From a virus (Duplodnaviria; Caudoviricetes): a stretch of 64,000 nucleotides of DNA. Every line of letters begins with the position of its first letter. Position 1 is the stretch's first letter. The DNA lies in IMG/VR virus record IMGVR_UViG_3300032332_001787, positions 166,098-230,097 of that record. One strand, 5' to 3'. Shown here piece after piece: positions 38,124 to 49,700 of the stretch. The translations under genes were made by a program, and so were the position numbers. The notes under the pieces are model-generated. The model was not told the origin of the DNA and ran no database searches. It saw only the letters and a list, made by a program, of their open reading frames with translations.

Positions 38124-40334
38124 CTATCCGAAAATTTGATTTGCTAAGATATTTTGATCATCATTAACTGCAGATCCATTAGAACTAATAGTATAATTTC
38201 CACTAGAAACAGATATTGTTATATTAGAACCAGCAACTATATTTTTAACTGGTAAGATTCCGCTAACAGAAGAATTAAAATCTGTAATATCAGATGAAAT
38301 ATGAGCATGGCTAGCCGCAGCATAATCTATACCAGCAATTGCAATACTGGGAACGCCAGTGTCGGTAGTATTTTTAAGCAATCCTGTGTTTAGTCCTGAT
38401 AGTGATACTCCATTAATTTTAGTAACTGTAGATATTAGGGTACTATTGCTATAGTTAGCTATTACATCGCCTGTGATATTAATTCCTGTGCTTGTTGATA
38501 ATGAACCAAGTCCTAATACCATTCTCATATCCGTAGGTGTACTGCTAGCAATTAATGCTCTACCAGATGCTGTACATGATATTTCCTCAATAATACCAGC
38601 TCCAGAAGATGATCTTCCTAATAATTTATCAGCTGATGATACTATTTGTATTTTATTATATGTAACAACCCCACTAGATATTGTAGTATTAAATGTATCT
38701 GTGCCTGTTCCATTAATATCTCCAGTTAGAGCTATAGTTTGTGCATTATGAGTATGATCTTCTCTGGCATATCGTAGAGATATCCCAGCTTTTGCTATAC
38801 TAGCATTTAATGGGGCAGAAATAGAGGCTTGATTAAGAATAAATGCAGTGGTGGCAATTTGATTTGTATTAGTGTCTACGGAGGCAGTAGGAGCAATAGG
38901 AATTCCTGTTAAAACAGGACTGACTATAGGAGCATATTGACTACTACCGACAGCTAATACTATACCGCTTACACTACTATTAAAATTAGTAATATCTGAT
39001 ACTAAATGAGTATGAGAAGCTGCTGCATAATCTGTTCCAGCTATGGCAGCAGAGTATGAGGATCCATTACCTTTAATCAATCCATTTAATACTGAATTTA
39101 AACCAAGGCCACCATAAGTTGATGAAATAACAGAACCATTCCATATGCCAGTAGTAATAGTGCCTAATGTAGATATGCTAGCTTGTCCAATATAGTTATT
39201 TGAAATATCTATACCATTAGAAGAAATACTAATTCTATCGGGTGTTCCTACGGCATAAAATGTATTGCCAGCCTTAGAAATACCAGAAGCGGCATATAAT
39301 TGACCAGCTCCATTAAATTGTGTAAATGATAAATTTGTAGTACCTAAAGCTATGGGGTTGTTTGTGATGAGTACGAAACCACAATCTCCATTGTTTTCAC
39401 CGTCTTCAACAAAAACAAATAAGCCAGCGCTAACTTTAGAGTTTGTATTAGCATCAGAAGATCTAATCCAAGAATCAACAGAAACAATATAAATACCGTT
39501 TTGACTAGCTGATGATTGTTCTTTAACTAAAACTCTATCTCCAATATTTAATACTACTCCATCGATAATTTGAATACCAGATAATGTGATATTTGATATG
39601 GTAGCTACTCTAACACTATCCTTAATATCTAAACCTTGTTTTGTAGCATCTACATATGTTTTAGTAGCAGCATCCTGAGCATTAATAGGATCTGCTAAAT
39701 TAATAATATTTTGACTATTAAAATTTATATTAGATATGGGAGATGCTAGCTGATCAAGTCTGTTAGTTCTAACTTGAGTATCAAAATTATATATTTGACT
39801 AACATCAATTGTTGGGATATCACCAGATGCTAAAGTTCTGCCAGAAGTTACTCGACCTTTGCTATCTGTAGTAACTTTAGTGTAAGTACCAGCAATACCA
39901 GCGTTCGACAAAGTTAATACTACGGAGGTTGAACCAGTACCAGTAGCATCTCCAGTAAAAGTAATATTTTGATTACGAGTTAAATAGGATTGATTTTTAA
40001 CAAATGCTGTTGTAGCAACCGTTGTTCCGCTATCAGATACCAAGGGAGTAATACTATATAGTCCGCGATTGAAAGTTTTAGCCCCAGTAACTATTTGGGT
40101 TCCTGTAGTATAGAAGATAGTGGCATTGCTATTAAATTCGGCTCGTGGCAAGAATGCTCCACTACCAGCAATTGGCACAATAATAGTTGCTGTGTTATTA
40201 AGTCCATTAGAACCATAGCCATAATAAAGCGTATAATCTGCTTCATTAAAAGCCAATTCTGCATTGGCCAAATTTAATGGAGATCCTGGAGCACCAGCGG
40301 CATTGCGTCGTTTAATTCTTATTATATTGGGCAT
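38124..40334 (-). CDS. Tail/neck fibre protein (736 aa)
   Basis: N-terminal IRIKRR...LANAELAFNE anchor; DAATKTYVD...SVRVAT...GDRVLVKEQ...QNGIY fibre motif; TYTKVTTDSKGRV; HxH..SDI repeats. Confidence 0.75.
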   Translation of the reverse strand: MPNIIRIKRRNAAGAPGSPLNLANAELAFNEADYTLYYGYGSNGLNNTATIIVPIAGSGAFLPRAEFNSNATIFYTTGTQIVTGAKTFNRGLYSITPLVSDSGTTVATTAFVKNQSYLTRNQNITFTGDATGTGSTSVVLTLSNAGIAGTYTKVTTDSKGRVTSGRTLASGDIPTIDVSQIYNFDTQVRTNRLDQLASPISNINFNSQNIINLADPINAQDAATKTYVDATKQGLDIKDSVRVATISNITLSGIQIIDGVVLNIGDRVLVKEQSSASQNGIYIVSVDSWIRSSDANTNSKVSAGLFVFVEDGENNGDCGFVLITNNPIALGTTNLSFTQFNGAGQLYAASGISKAGNTFYAVGTPDRISISSNGIDISNNYIGQASISTLGTITTGIWNGSVISSTYGGLGLNSVLNGLIKGNGSSYSAAIAGTDYAAASHTHLVSDITNFNSSVSGIVLAVGSSQYAPIVSPVLTGIPIAPTASVDTNTNQIATTAFILNQASISAPLNASIAKAGISLRYAREDHTHNAQTIALTGDINGTGTDTFNTTISSGVVTYNKIQIVSSADKLLGRSSSGAGIIEEISCTASGRALIASSTPTDMRMVLGLGSLSTSTGINITGDVIANYSNSTLISTVTKINGVSLSGLNTGLLKNTTDTGVPSIAIAGIDYAAASHAHISSDITDFNSSVSGILPVKNIVAGSNITISVSSGNYTISSNGSAVNDDQNILANQIFG

Positions 40335-40357
40335 AAAAACCGTATTTAATTAATTGT

Positions 40358-41200
40358 TTAAAAATTTCCGCCATCTATAACGCCATTAAACACGCTTTCT
40401 TGAAGATCAATAATATCTATAGCATAATGTTTGTGTCCAACAACAGAATATTGACCAACAGGCTGTGGAACATAGCCTATGGCTCCGGTAACATCAGCAA
40501 AATTTAATACAACATCTCCAGTTCTGTTATTAACAGATAATACACCACTATTACCTATTGAATTAATAATGACCGTATTTGTATATTCATCAAAAAATAT
40601 ATTAGTATATCCGCTACCAACAAAATTTAATTGGTCATTAGTACTATAATTAATAGTTCTATTTAATCCATCTCCTATGCTAAGTTGATGAATATGTCCA
40701 CTTAAAGAATATAGTCCTGTTGGTTGTTTATTATCTAAAGAAAGTTGAAGTCCACTTATATCTGAAATAGGGTGTCTATGATTAGATAAACTATAATTTC
40801 CTGATCTTTGAGGAACAAATCCTAGTCTATTAACTATGTTTTCATATGTTAAAAAAGAATTTCCGGACTCAGTATCTATAATAATACTATTTGTATAGCT
40901 ATCATAAACTATATTAGTATCACCAGAACCGACAATATTAAGATATTCATTATTAGATAGATCTATAGATAATCTTTGATCAAATCCGTCATGAATACTC
41001 AAAGAAACACCAGGATGAATAATTGAAGAAGGATCAACTCTAAGATAATCTAACTTATTCCATGAACTAACTCCGTCTCCAACTTTAAGTTTTTTGGAAT
41101 CGCTTTCATAACCGGCCTCACCCAAAGCTAAAATAGGATTAATATCAAGCCACCCGCTTGCTGAAGATCTTCTTAGTCTAATCCTTGTATAATCGCTCAT
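40358..41200 (-). CDS. Fibre protein with Mtd-N/hyaluronidase-type N-terminal anchor (280 aa)
   Basis: RIRLRR..ASGW...NPILALGEAGYESDSKKLKVGDGVSSWNKL is the major-tropism-determinant N-terminal pattern. HxH..SDI repeats; ends in IDGG. Confidence 0.7.
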   Translation of the reverse strand: MSDYTRIRLRRSSASGWLDINPILALGEAGYESDSKKLKVGDGVSSWNKLDYLRVDPSSIIHPGVSLSIHDGFDQRLSIDLSNNEYLNIVGSGDTNIVYDSYTNSIIIDTESGNSFLTYENIVNRLGFVPQRSGNYSLSNHRHPISDISGLQLSLDNKQPTGLYSLSGHIHQLSIGDGLNRTINYSTNDQLNFVGSGYTNIFFDEYTNTVIINSIGNSGVLSVNNRTGDVVLNFADVTGAIGYVPQPVGQYSVVGHKHYAIDIIDLQESVFNGVIDGGNF

Positions 41201-44199
41201 AGTTTTTTAACTCCCAGAATCATGCCGCTAACTTCTGGTAATTTCCATGGTTGATTGGTGGCTGGATTTTTAAGCATATAGTGTTGATAAGTTTGATATA
41301 CTGTTTTGTTTACACTATAGTCTGGTCCAATATTAAGATAGTTGTCTCTTTGAGCCTTAAATGGTTCACTAGGAGGAGTAAAGTTTTTATTATATCGACA
41401 TACTCCGTAAGTAATTCTATAATCATCTATATTAATATTAGTATAATCAGGAATAGAAGTTATTCCAAAGGGTAGTGACGGTGAAGAAAAATTATAAATT
41501 CTAGAGGTGTATCTAGCAATATCTTTTGTTATTCTAAAATTATCTATATAATAATTATTAGTATGTGTTGGATCAGGATCTCCTATAGTGAAATTGTTGA
41601 TATCTAAATTATCTGGAGTATTCAAAACGCATGCCAATGGGTCTGCACTTGTTCCAGAAAAAATACCATTGATATAAGTATATATTTTTTTATTAAAAGA
41701 TACTAAAGAAATATGAACCCAAGAATTATTTGGTATTTTAGGAATATAATAAGGATTATAATCCCAAGTAGTAAAATTATTACCATTTTTTACCATAGCT
41801 TTAAGAGCAGTTCCTGGAGCCCAGTACTCGCTGTAGAACCTAAGAGATATAATTAATTTATCTGAATTAAATATTTGTTTTGTAGTATTAGAACCATCAT
41901 TATATAACCAAAATTCTATAGTAAAATCATTATCACCAAAATTAAAATCATCACTGTTGCTAAAACTTAAACTAGCTCCATTTGGTATGTAGATACTTTT
42001 ATTTTTGAATTTTGAAGTATTATAACTTAATAAACAATTATTATTAGTAATAGTTTTAATATTTGGTGAATAGTCTTTAATAATACTTGATGTTGAATTT
42101 AGTAATAAAGAAACATTATTATAATATTGATCTAAAAAATTAAGATTATTAGGTTTACCTATTATAGCAGTAGGGGATGTTGTGGATAAATTTTTATTAG
42201 TTAAAGAATTCAAACTATATTTACCAATATATAAACCTTGATCTTCAGTTTCTCGATAACCATAATAATCATTAGTAGATCTATTAAAACAGTCTGATAC
42301 AGAATAGGTATTGCCTGCTATTCCATTAAGATAACAAATTACATCTGAACCAGATGTTCTAACTACAGCAACATGATTCCAAACTCCAGTTTCAGCTAAA
42401 CGATTAAAATACAAAATTTTATCACAATTACCTTGTCTTTGAAAAGTTATACCTTCTGTACTAGCCAAAAATACCTGTCCTATTGTATTAGGAATGGTAC
42501 CATATTGACCATTGCCTTGATTTCCTGCACCTTCTTTATGAAAAAGAGATATTACTTGATTATGATTATTAAAATAAATCCAACATTCTATTGTAAATGG
42601 ATTATTTCCTAAATCACTATGAGTAAAGTTTAAATACGAACTATTATCTTCAAAATATAAACTGCCTTGACCAAATTTAACAATATCTCCTTTTATTGTA
42701 GTATTAAAATTATTAATTAATTTAGCTATTCTAGTAGAATCAACTATGGGAAAAGAGTCTCCGTGAAGCAATAATGAAACACTATCCTCATATGGGTCAT
42801 TAATCCCGGAAACAAACACATTAACAAATTTTGTATCTAAATATTTTTTACGAGCACTATTATATAGTTTTATGCCACCTACAGCATCATTAAAAGTTCC
42901 TCTCCAACTAGAAGCTCCCTCAGCATTATAATTGAAAGTATTAAAACTAATAGCATCTATAGTACCACTATTAATAGCTTCAATAGCATTATTATCGTAA
43001 TCTAATGATAATAGTGCTTTTCTGTGACTAGTAGTAACACCCCAATCTAATACTCCGTCTGTTTTACCAACATTATCTAGTAATGAATTGTTGGCTCCTG
43101 GAACAAGAGATATAACTCTTGTGCTAGATCCCAAAAAATATGATGGCTCTCCAACATTATCAATCAATGCAATATCATCTAATAACCAATTTTGGCCACG
43201 CATATAATAAGCGCTATAAGTTGTATAATTATAATATGGGTTGTTATAAAAACCATAATCTTGTCCTTCTGATATAGCAGAAGAGTATGTTCTATTATAG
43301 AATCTAAGATTATTAAAATTAAAACCACTAATAGGTAGACTAGTTTCCCAAGATTCTCTAGGTATATCAATATTATTATTAATTATTGGTAAATTAATAT
43401 CTTCCAAATTAACAGATAGTGTTGCCGGATTAGTTGATTGGTCAACGGCAAATTCAAAATGAGACCATCTGCTCCTAATAGAAGCATATGATGGAGTACT
43501 AACAGTATCGGCTATTGTTAGTATGGTATTATTGCTATTATATATAGAAGCTATTCTATATCTAGATAAAGTTTGAGAAATATTTAAATCAAAATACCCA
43601 AGGGTTTGATTATTCTGTTGTATTTCTAATGCTAAAGTAGAATATTCATTATTAAGGGAAATAAGATTAATATTTCCTGTAACTTGAACTACATTTATAG
43701 TCAATTGGGGGATATTCCCACTATTATAGCTAAATAAAGTATGTCTATGTGGATAGTCAGACAAGCTTCTATGTTTAGATTCTAAACCCAAACATCTCAT
43801 ACTAAAATAAGTAGTGTCTCCCGAAGGTAAAGGAAATCCGCTAGCTTGCAAATATTTTGGAGATTCTAATTGTAGATCCGTAGGATTATTAATATCAATA
43901 TTAGTAAAAGCTAAAAAGCCAGGAGGAGTACCAATTTGAGGATAGCCATTATTTCCATAATTATCATAACTATAGTAATAACTACGACCAAAAGCATCAA
44001 TATATCTTCCAATGGGTAAAATACCACTATTAGGAGAATTATAAACATAAGTACTAGCAATATCATCCCAAGCATTGTACGGTAAATATCCACCAAAAGC
44101 ATATTTAGGATATGATTTATATTGACTGGTCCAGTAATTAGGATCTAATTTATTAAAAATTATTCCTTTTTCAAATCCTTCAAAAAATAATGTCGCCAT
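41197..44199 (-). CDS. Virion protein with two LamG/ConA-like lectin domains (1000 aa)
   Basis: VSLLLHGD...FTIECWIY...WNHVAVVR and VSLLLNS...FTIEFWLY...WVHISLV...IDNFRIT. Confidence 0.75.
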   Translation of the reverse strand: MATLFFEGFEKGIIFNKLDPNYWTSQYKSYPKYAFGGYLPYNAWDDIASTYVYNSPNSGILPIGRYIDAFGRSYYYSYDNYGNNGYPQIGTPPGFLAFTNIDINNPTDLQLESPKYLQASGFPLPSGDTTYFSMRCLGLESKHRSLSDYPHRHTLFSYNSGNIPQLTINVVQVTGNINLISLNNEYSTLALEIQQNNQTLGYFDLNISQTLSRYRIASIYNSNNTILTIADTVSTPSYASIRSRWSHFEFAVDQSTNPATLSVNLEDINLPIINNNIDIPRESWETSLPISGFNFNNLRFYNRTYSSAISEGQDYGFYNNPYYNYTTYSAYYMRGQNWLLDDIALIDNVGEPSYFLGSSTRVISLVPGANNSLLDNVGKTDGVLDWGVTTSHRKALLSLDYDNNAIEAINSGTIDAISFNTFNYNAEGASSWRGTFNDAVGGIKLYNSARKKYLDTKFVNVFVSGINDPYEDSVSLLLHGDSFPIVDSTRIAKLINNFNTTIKGDIVKFGQGSLYFEDNSSYLNFTHSDLGNNPFTIECWIYFNNHNQVISLFHKEGAGNQGNGQYGTIPNTIGQVFLASTEGITFQRQGNCDKILYFNRLAETGVWNHVAVVRTSGSDVICYLNGIAGNTYSVSDCFNRSTNDYYGYRETEDQGLYIGKYSLNSLTNKNLSTTSPTAIIGKPNNLNFLDQYYNNVSLLLNSTSSIIKDYSPNIKTITNNNCLLSYNTSKFKNKSIYIPNGASLSFSNSDDFNFGDNDFTIEFWLYNDGSNTTKQIFNSDKLIISLRFYSEYWAPGTALKAMVKNGNNFTTWDYNPYYIPKIPNNSWVHISLVSFNKKIYTYINGIFSGTSADPLACVLNTPDNLDINNFTIGDPDPTHTNNYYIDNFRITKDIARYTSRIYNFSSPSLPFGITSIPDYTNINIDDYRITYGVCRYNKNFTPPSEPFKAQRDNYLNIGPDYSVNKTVYQTYQHYMLKNPATNQPWKLPEVSGMILGVKKL

Positions 44200-44224
44200 A
44201 GTTTTCTCCGATAGTTTTATCTAA

Positions 44225-44240
44225 ATTATAGTACCCCATA
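44225..44240 (-). promoter_or_regulatory. Candidate promoter motif TATGGGGTA + TATAAT
   Basis: TATGGGGTACTATAAT in the 50-nt gap upstream of the 1000-aa gene. The same TATGGGGTA occurs at about 60635-60643. Confidence 0.35.
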
Positions 44241-44249
44241 AGCATATGA

Positions 44250-45626
44250 TCAGCAACTATACTGCTCAGTATATTGAGACGGCGTAAAATTAAATCTATA
44301 TTTAGCCGCATTAGTTAAAATAAACTCATCAATATATCCATTAAATCCTTCTTTAGCATCTCCACCAAGAGTATTATCAAAATCAAAAGATGCCCCAATA
44401 AATAAATTATTATTATGTCCTAAAAATGGATATATATTACTGTATATAGTATTGTTTAGTTGAGATCCATCGATAAATAATTTAATTCTAGAACGAGATC
44501 TACAAACAGCTATATGGTACCATCTGTCAGATAAAAAGGTAATATTTGAACTTGTGATTTGAATAATATGTTTTGAGTTTCTGATAGCAAATTCTATACT
44601 AGAATTAGTTCTATATAATTTCCAATAATTATGAGTATCCTTAAAACTTTCTGCTAATGTTTGATTTCCTACGATACTATCAGAACCAGGTTTTATCCAC
44701 ATCTCTATTGTAAAATCCCCCATTAGTGACCATGAAGTATTGTTGCCAGCTTGTACTACAAGATGTGGCACTGTAGTTAAAAAATATTCTTCACTACTAG
44801 CTTCTCCAGACAAATATAAACTACCATTTTCATATTTATATTTTGTAGTCGATAAATAAATGCTGTTTATTTTAGAAGATACATAACTTACTAGTTTAGT
44901 ATTACAAGAAATATCATTAAAATTATTATTAAATGGTAAATATAAAAGCATTGAACTATATGTAATATTATTGCCTATGAGAGTTGCGGTATTGCTATAC
45001 CCATAAGGTCCTGTACCAGCACTATTAACAGCTGCAATTCTAAATAAATATGATGTGTTGTTGATTAAATCTATAGCTGTATATGATGTATTACTATTAA
45101 ATCCATCCGGATATATAGTCCATGAGTATGAAAACTCTATAGCATTCTCAGTATATAAATTTATATTATTTTCTGCAAGTAGCGGATACCCAGCTTCTGT
45201 TAAAAGTATATAATTATTAGCTAATGAATATTCAATAACATAATTAGTAATAACACTTCTGTTGTTATTAGGAGCAGACCACGACAAATCAGAAAAAGCG
45301 TCTCCATCTGTTGCAAATATATTAAAAGGAGCGTCAGGAGGAGTAGCTGGCGGACGATACGTTAAAACATCAACTGATGCATATGAATATTTTAATAGTC
45401 TAGATGGTAATTGGTATGTGACTGTATCTACAGATAAATATGAATTACTGATAATGTTTGGTAATTTTTTATAAGTAATAGCATCAAGAGACAAATAAGA
45501 ATTTAGAGAAGTTTTAGTCGGGGTGCGATATGTATGAACATCTTCGCCAAGATATGAATAGTGAAGCCTATATGGTTCTTTGTCATTATATGATATTGGA
45601 TATCCAAAAAATGGAGGAAGTATCAT
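44250..45626 (-). CDS. Fibronectin type III + LamG domain virion protein (458 aa)
   Basis: PDAP...LSWSAP...ITNYVIEYS...YLFRIAAVNSAGTGPY (FN3); LLYLPFN...FTIEMWIKP...WYHIAVCR...GYIDEF (LamG). Confidence 0.75.
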   Translation of the reverse strand: MILPPFFGYPISYNDKEPYRLHYSYLGEDVHTYRTPTKTSLNSYLSLDAITYKKLPNIISNSYLSVDTVTYQLPSRLLKYSYASVDVLTYRPPATPPDAPFNIFATDGDAFSDLSWSAPNNNRSVITNYVIEYSLANNYILLTEAGYPLLAENNINLYTENAIEFSYSWTIYPDGFNSNTSYTAIDLINNTSYLFRIAAVNSAGTGPYGYSNTATLIGNNITYSSMLLYLPFNNNFNDISCNTKLVSYVSSKINSIYLSTTKYKYENGSLYLSGEASSEEYFLTTVPHLVVQAGNNTSWSLMGDFTIEMWIKPGSDSIVGNQTLAESFKDTHNYWKLYRTNSSIEFAIRNSKHIIQITSSNITFLSDRWYHIAVCRSRSRIKLFIDGSQLNNTIYSNIYPFLGHNNNLFIGASFDFDNTLGGDAKEGFNGYIDEFILTNAAKYRFNFTPSQYTEQYSC

Positions 45627-46777
45627 TATGGTCCTCCATTAGCGTCAGTTGTATCTCCTGATAAAATAATTTTGTCTACTGTTGTTTTAACTAGAGTGGC
45701 TACAGAATATTTACCAACGAGCTTGTTATGACCAACTCTATTAACAAGTTGAGCGCCTGAAAATCTAACTTGTCCAGAACCCATTTGCGCTACTAAACAA
45801 TTAAAGCCAACACTAAGAACATTACTAAAACTAACATTAATTGATGCTGTATCATTATAAAAACTAATAACTTTACCATTATCTGATTGAGTTATAGTAT
45901 AGCTACTTGTTGTTTGATTACTTAATGAAGCAGAAAATCTTGTTAATTCTCCATCCCCTAAAGACTGTCTGCCAGTGAAAAAATTACCTCCATTTAATTT
46001 TGCAAATTCATTTGAGTCATGAGTAGCTATTTCTCCTAGTTCTAAAGACCGTCTTTGTGCCTCTGGGGACGCATCGTTAATGATTCTCTTTCCAGCTTCT
46101 GTTATATTAATAGCGCCATATTGATCTACGCCAGTGCCAACAATAATAGAGCCACTATGAATAGCAATATTGGATATTTTTTCTAATCTGCTACTATAAG
46201 GCTGAATGTCAATTCCTGGCTCTAAACCTGATGTACTAACTATAAGAGTATTTAAGTCTTGATCATTATAAGATAAATTAATGTGGTCGCCAGCTACTAG
46301 TAGATTAGCCACTCTGTCGTCAATAGACTCGTTAAAATTATTAATGTCACTAGTATTATGTCTGTGACGAATAGTAGCATAATTATCACTAATGACTTCT
46401 GAACTAATATCAACAGTATTAGAATTAGGGTAAAAAGTAACTGTTGTTCCACCATTGCCTATAATATTAAGAGTTTCGTTTTCTTTTATCTCAATATTGC
46501 CAACTAGTAATTTACTTAATCCGCTTCCAGGTGGCCCTTGTGGACCAATAGGTCCGGGTTCTCCGATGGGGCCGGACGGTCCAGGTGGTCCCATATCTCC
46601 GCTAGGTCCAACAAAACCCTGTAGTCCACGCTCTACATAAACTACTCCGACAGTGTTGTCAAAACCATCGTTAATTTTTACGTTTGTAGTTATAACACCA
46701 TTGGCATTTGATCCATCTATGGATTGATTAATTACTAATATTTTAGAAGATGGTGGAGTTATATTTATTGTAGCCAT
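45626..46777 (-). CDS. Collagen-repeat fibre protein (383 aa)
   Basis: G-X-Y run [34 protein letters not shown]; HRHNTSDI repeat; C-terminal [12 protein letters not shown]...QVRF fibre-tip-like domain. Confidence 0.7.
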   Translation of the reverse strand: MATINITPPSSKILVINQSIDGSNANGVITTNVKINDGFDNTVGVVYVERGLQGFVGPSGDMGPPGPSGPIGEPGPIGPQGPPGSGLSKLLVGNIEIKENETLNIIGNGGTTVTFYPNSNTVDISSEVISDNYATIRHRHNTSDINNFNESIDDRVANLLVAGDHINLSYNDQDLNTLIVSTSGLEPGIDIQPYSSRLEKISNIAIHSGSIIVGTGVDQYGAINITEAGKRIINDASPEAQRRSLELGEIATHDSNEFAKLNGGNFFTGRQSLGDGELTRFSASLSNQTTSSYTITQSDNGKVISFYNDTASINVSFSNVLSVGFNCLVAQMGSGQVRFSGAQLVNRVGHNKLVGKYSVATLVKTTVDKIILSGDTTDANGGP

Positions 46778-46782
46778 AATTA

Positions 46783-49700
46783 CTATGCCTGCTCTAAATT
46801 AATAGTTTTAATATCACTGCCGGTTTCATCAAATACTAATAGATCGAAAGAGTAATTATTTTTCCAATTATAATTACTATTATTGGTAATAGTTACTCTA
46901 AGAGTATCGGTAGTAGCATCATAGTTGTCTAACATGGTATTTGGTGATAATTGTCGATTAAAATTGCACATATTATTATTAATCATAATTTCTGGAAAAT
47001 TATTATATACTGGTCTATTACCACCATCTATATTGAAAGAAAGAGACCATACTCCATTATTGTTTATAATTCCATTATCTATAACACTCTCAGGAAGTAT
47101 AATTTTTAGAGGCTTATTAATATATAATGGTTTTGTAATACTATATCTTTTAGGATAAAAAGATGGCAAAGTAAAAATTGGCATTCCTGTATTCTCTACA
47201 GACATAATCTTATAAAGATAGTCTTTGTATAATCCACTTGGAATTCCACTCAATGAAAAAGACCAAGATCCTGGTCTAACATAAGTAGTATTTGCAATAT
47301 TAATTTCTTTATGATAATTATTATAAATACTGCATATTCCAGAAATATTTAATCCACTACTATAGTTAATTTCTGGAGGACCAGAAAACTCTGCTAATAG
47401 GTATGATGCATCGCCACTAACAATATTAGTGGTATAAGTATAGGGCATTGTATTTAATAGTGTTGACGATGATTCACTAACTATATCCACACTATCTCCA
47501 ATATTATATGGGATATTTTTATGTTTTATTGTAATCTGATTATTAGATATATTAGTGATAAAACTTTTATATCTGATAGTTGCTGTTCCGTTTATAGGAG
47601 GTTGGCCTGATCTATCGAAAGGTATTTTAATAACACCATTTATGTAATTATTATTATTTATAATTATAGTTGTTGCAGGAATGACCGTATCGAATTCAAT
47701 ATAGATGATATCGTCTACCAAAAAATTATTTTCAGTAAAAATAGATATATTTTGATTTTGATTAGTATATCCAGGATGATTATATGTAACATTTATAGAA
47801 TCTGAAACGATTTCTTTTTGTATAACTCCTGAGATGCTCGGAGGATAATCTTGTGTGGTCCAATTTGTACCATTTGCCCGTTGATAGTATGGGAATGGAC
47901 CAGAATCAGACTGGGATGGCATATATCCACCAACAGCCAATCCTTCATATCCTGAAATAGCAATTCCACTTAAACATGATATTGAATTTATTTTTACAAT
48001 TGTTACTGGAGGAAAACTACTCTGAGTTATGGTTTGATTTTTAGTTCCTCCTTTGTGAACCCAAAAATATTCGTTTTCTGCATAACTTATAGAGTCTGGT
48101 TTATATGTTGGAAATATAGAAGGAGTATTATTAATAAATAAAGAGATAACTATTCCTGTATTTTCATTATTAACAAATGATATAGCCGAACCTGCACCAA
48201 CTGAGTTAGATGCATAAACATAATTATTTAGTATATTTTTTAATCTATAATTGATATTAACAGCTCTTTGGTTAGCTAAGATATTTCTTTGTTCAGAAGT
48301 ATTACCGTATACACATCTACTTCCAATAAAATACTGTTGTCCATTATATGAAAAGTCAGCTTCTGATGCCGGTGCTGGGTCGGTCAATTCTACTATTGGA
48401 GCAGGCAGTATTATGCCACTCACTCTTAAATATCCAGTTTCCCAACAATTTGATGTTTTAATAGTACTAATTGATAGACTATTTTGATTATAAATATTAT
48501 TTAAAGGTTTTATAGATAAGGCATATAATGGATTATCTTGAGCACTAAATACTCCATTTGTTGGAAGAGATGCAATATAGGATGGTCGTATTCTGCCAAA
48601 AATACCATATCCTTCAATATCATCTGGACTATTATATGGTGATTGTGATTTGCTAGAAAATACTCCACATCCTAAAATAGACTTAGTAGTATTTATATCT
48701 ATAGATCCGTTAAAAACTTGTATATTTCTAGAAGGTAATGAAGACTCTCGTTGTCTAACTATTCTTCCTGTTCCTGTGGTTAAACTGTGTCCTGGAATAT
48801 TAATATAAAAAACAATAGAGCCATTAGTATTTGATTGTTGTAAAATATATTTTCCATTGTATGAAGTGTTATCAAATTCAAAATACATTAAATCTTTATC
48901 TTCTATTTTTCTATTTGGTAATTCTCCTCTTGTAAATGTAATGTAAATTTTATCATCACCCGATTGATAGTTTCCAGCAACATATTGAATAGGTGAAGTT
49001 TGACATTGGTTATGAGGTAGTATACTGGTGCAGTCTAGCGAGGCTGGGTCTGCTGGGGGCCATAAAGTATAAATATTAGAATCTCTAGTAGAGTCAATAG
49101 CCTTAGTGCCTAGTGGCTGAATAGATTCTCCTTGTCTTGATATTCTTCTTTCAGTATATGAGGGTTTTTCTTTGTCAAAATAAACAGTAATATCTATTGG
49201 TGATGGTGGATTAGGAGCAGAAGCGTCAACAAATTTAATTGTTTTTTTGGTAGATTTATTTCTAGCATCAAAAGTTATAAGTGTTAATTCTTGAGGATAT
49301 TGTCCACCTCCAGCAAAAGTTGTAGGATTTCCATATATTGTTAAAATTCCACTAGATAAATTATTCCATGGTGGTTTAGGACTTGTTCCGGGAAAATCAA
49401 TAGTATAATCTAATCCAGGAGGCAATAAACTATAGCCATTAACTCCACTAACTACCCATCCAGTAATTCCAGTTGGAATAGGACAAACTGCTCTTGATTT
49501 TGGTCCAAATCTATAAGATATTGGAACCATAGGAGAATTACATTGAGGATATAAAAGGACTGGATTAATTTCACTTTGTCCAATAAATTTTATGTCTGGA
49601 GCAGGATGAACTGAACCATTATCTGTCAATGACGTATAAAGTATGCTAGCAGATTTGGTATCTGATGTTAGATAAGTATTTTGTATTGTATCTGTATCTA

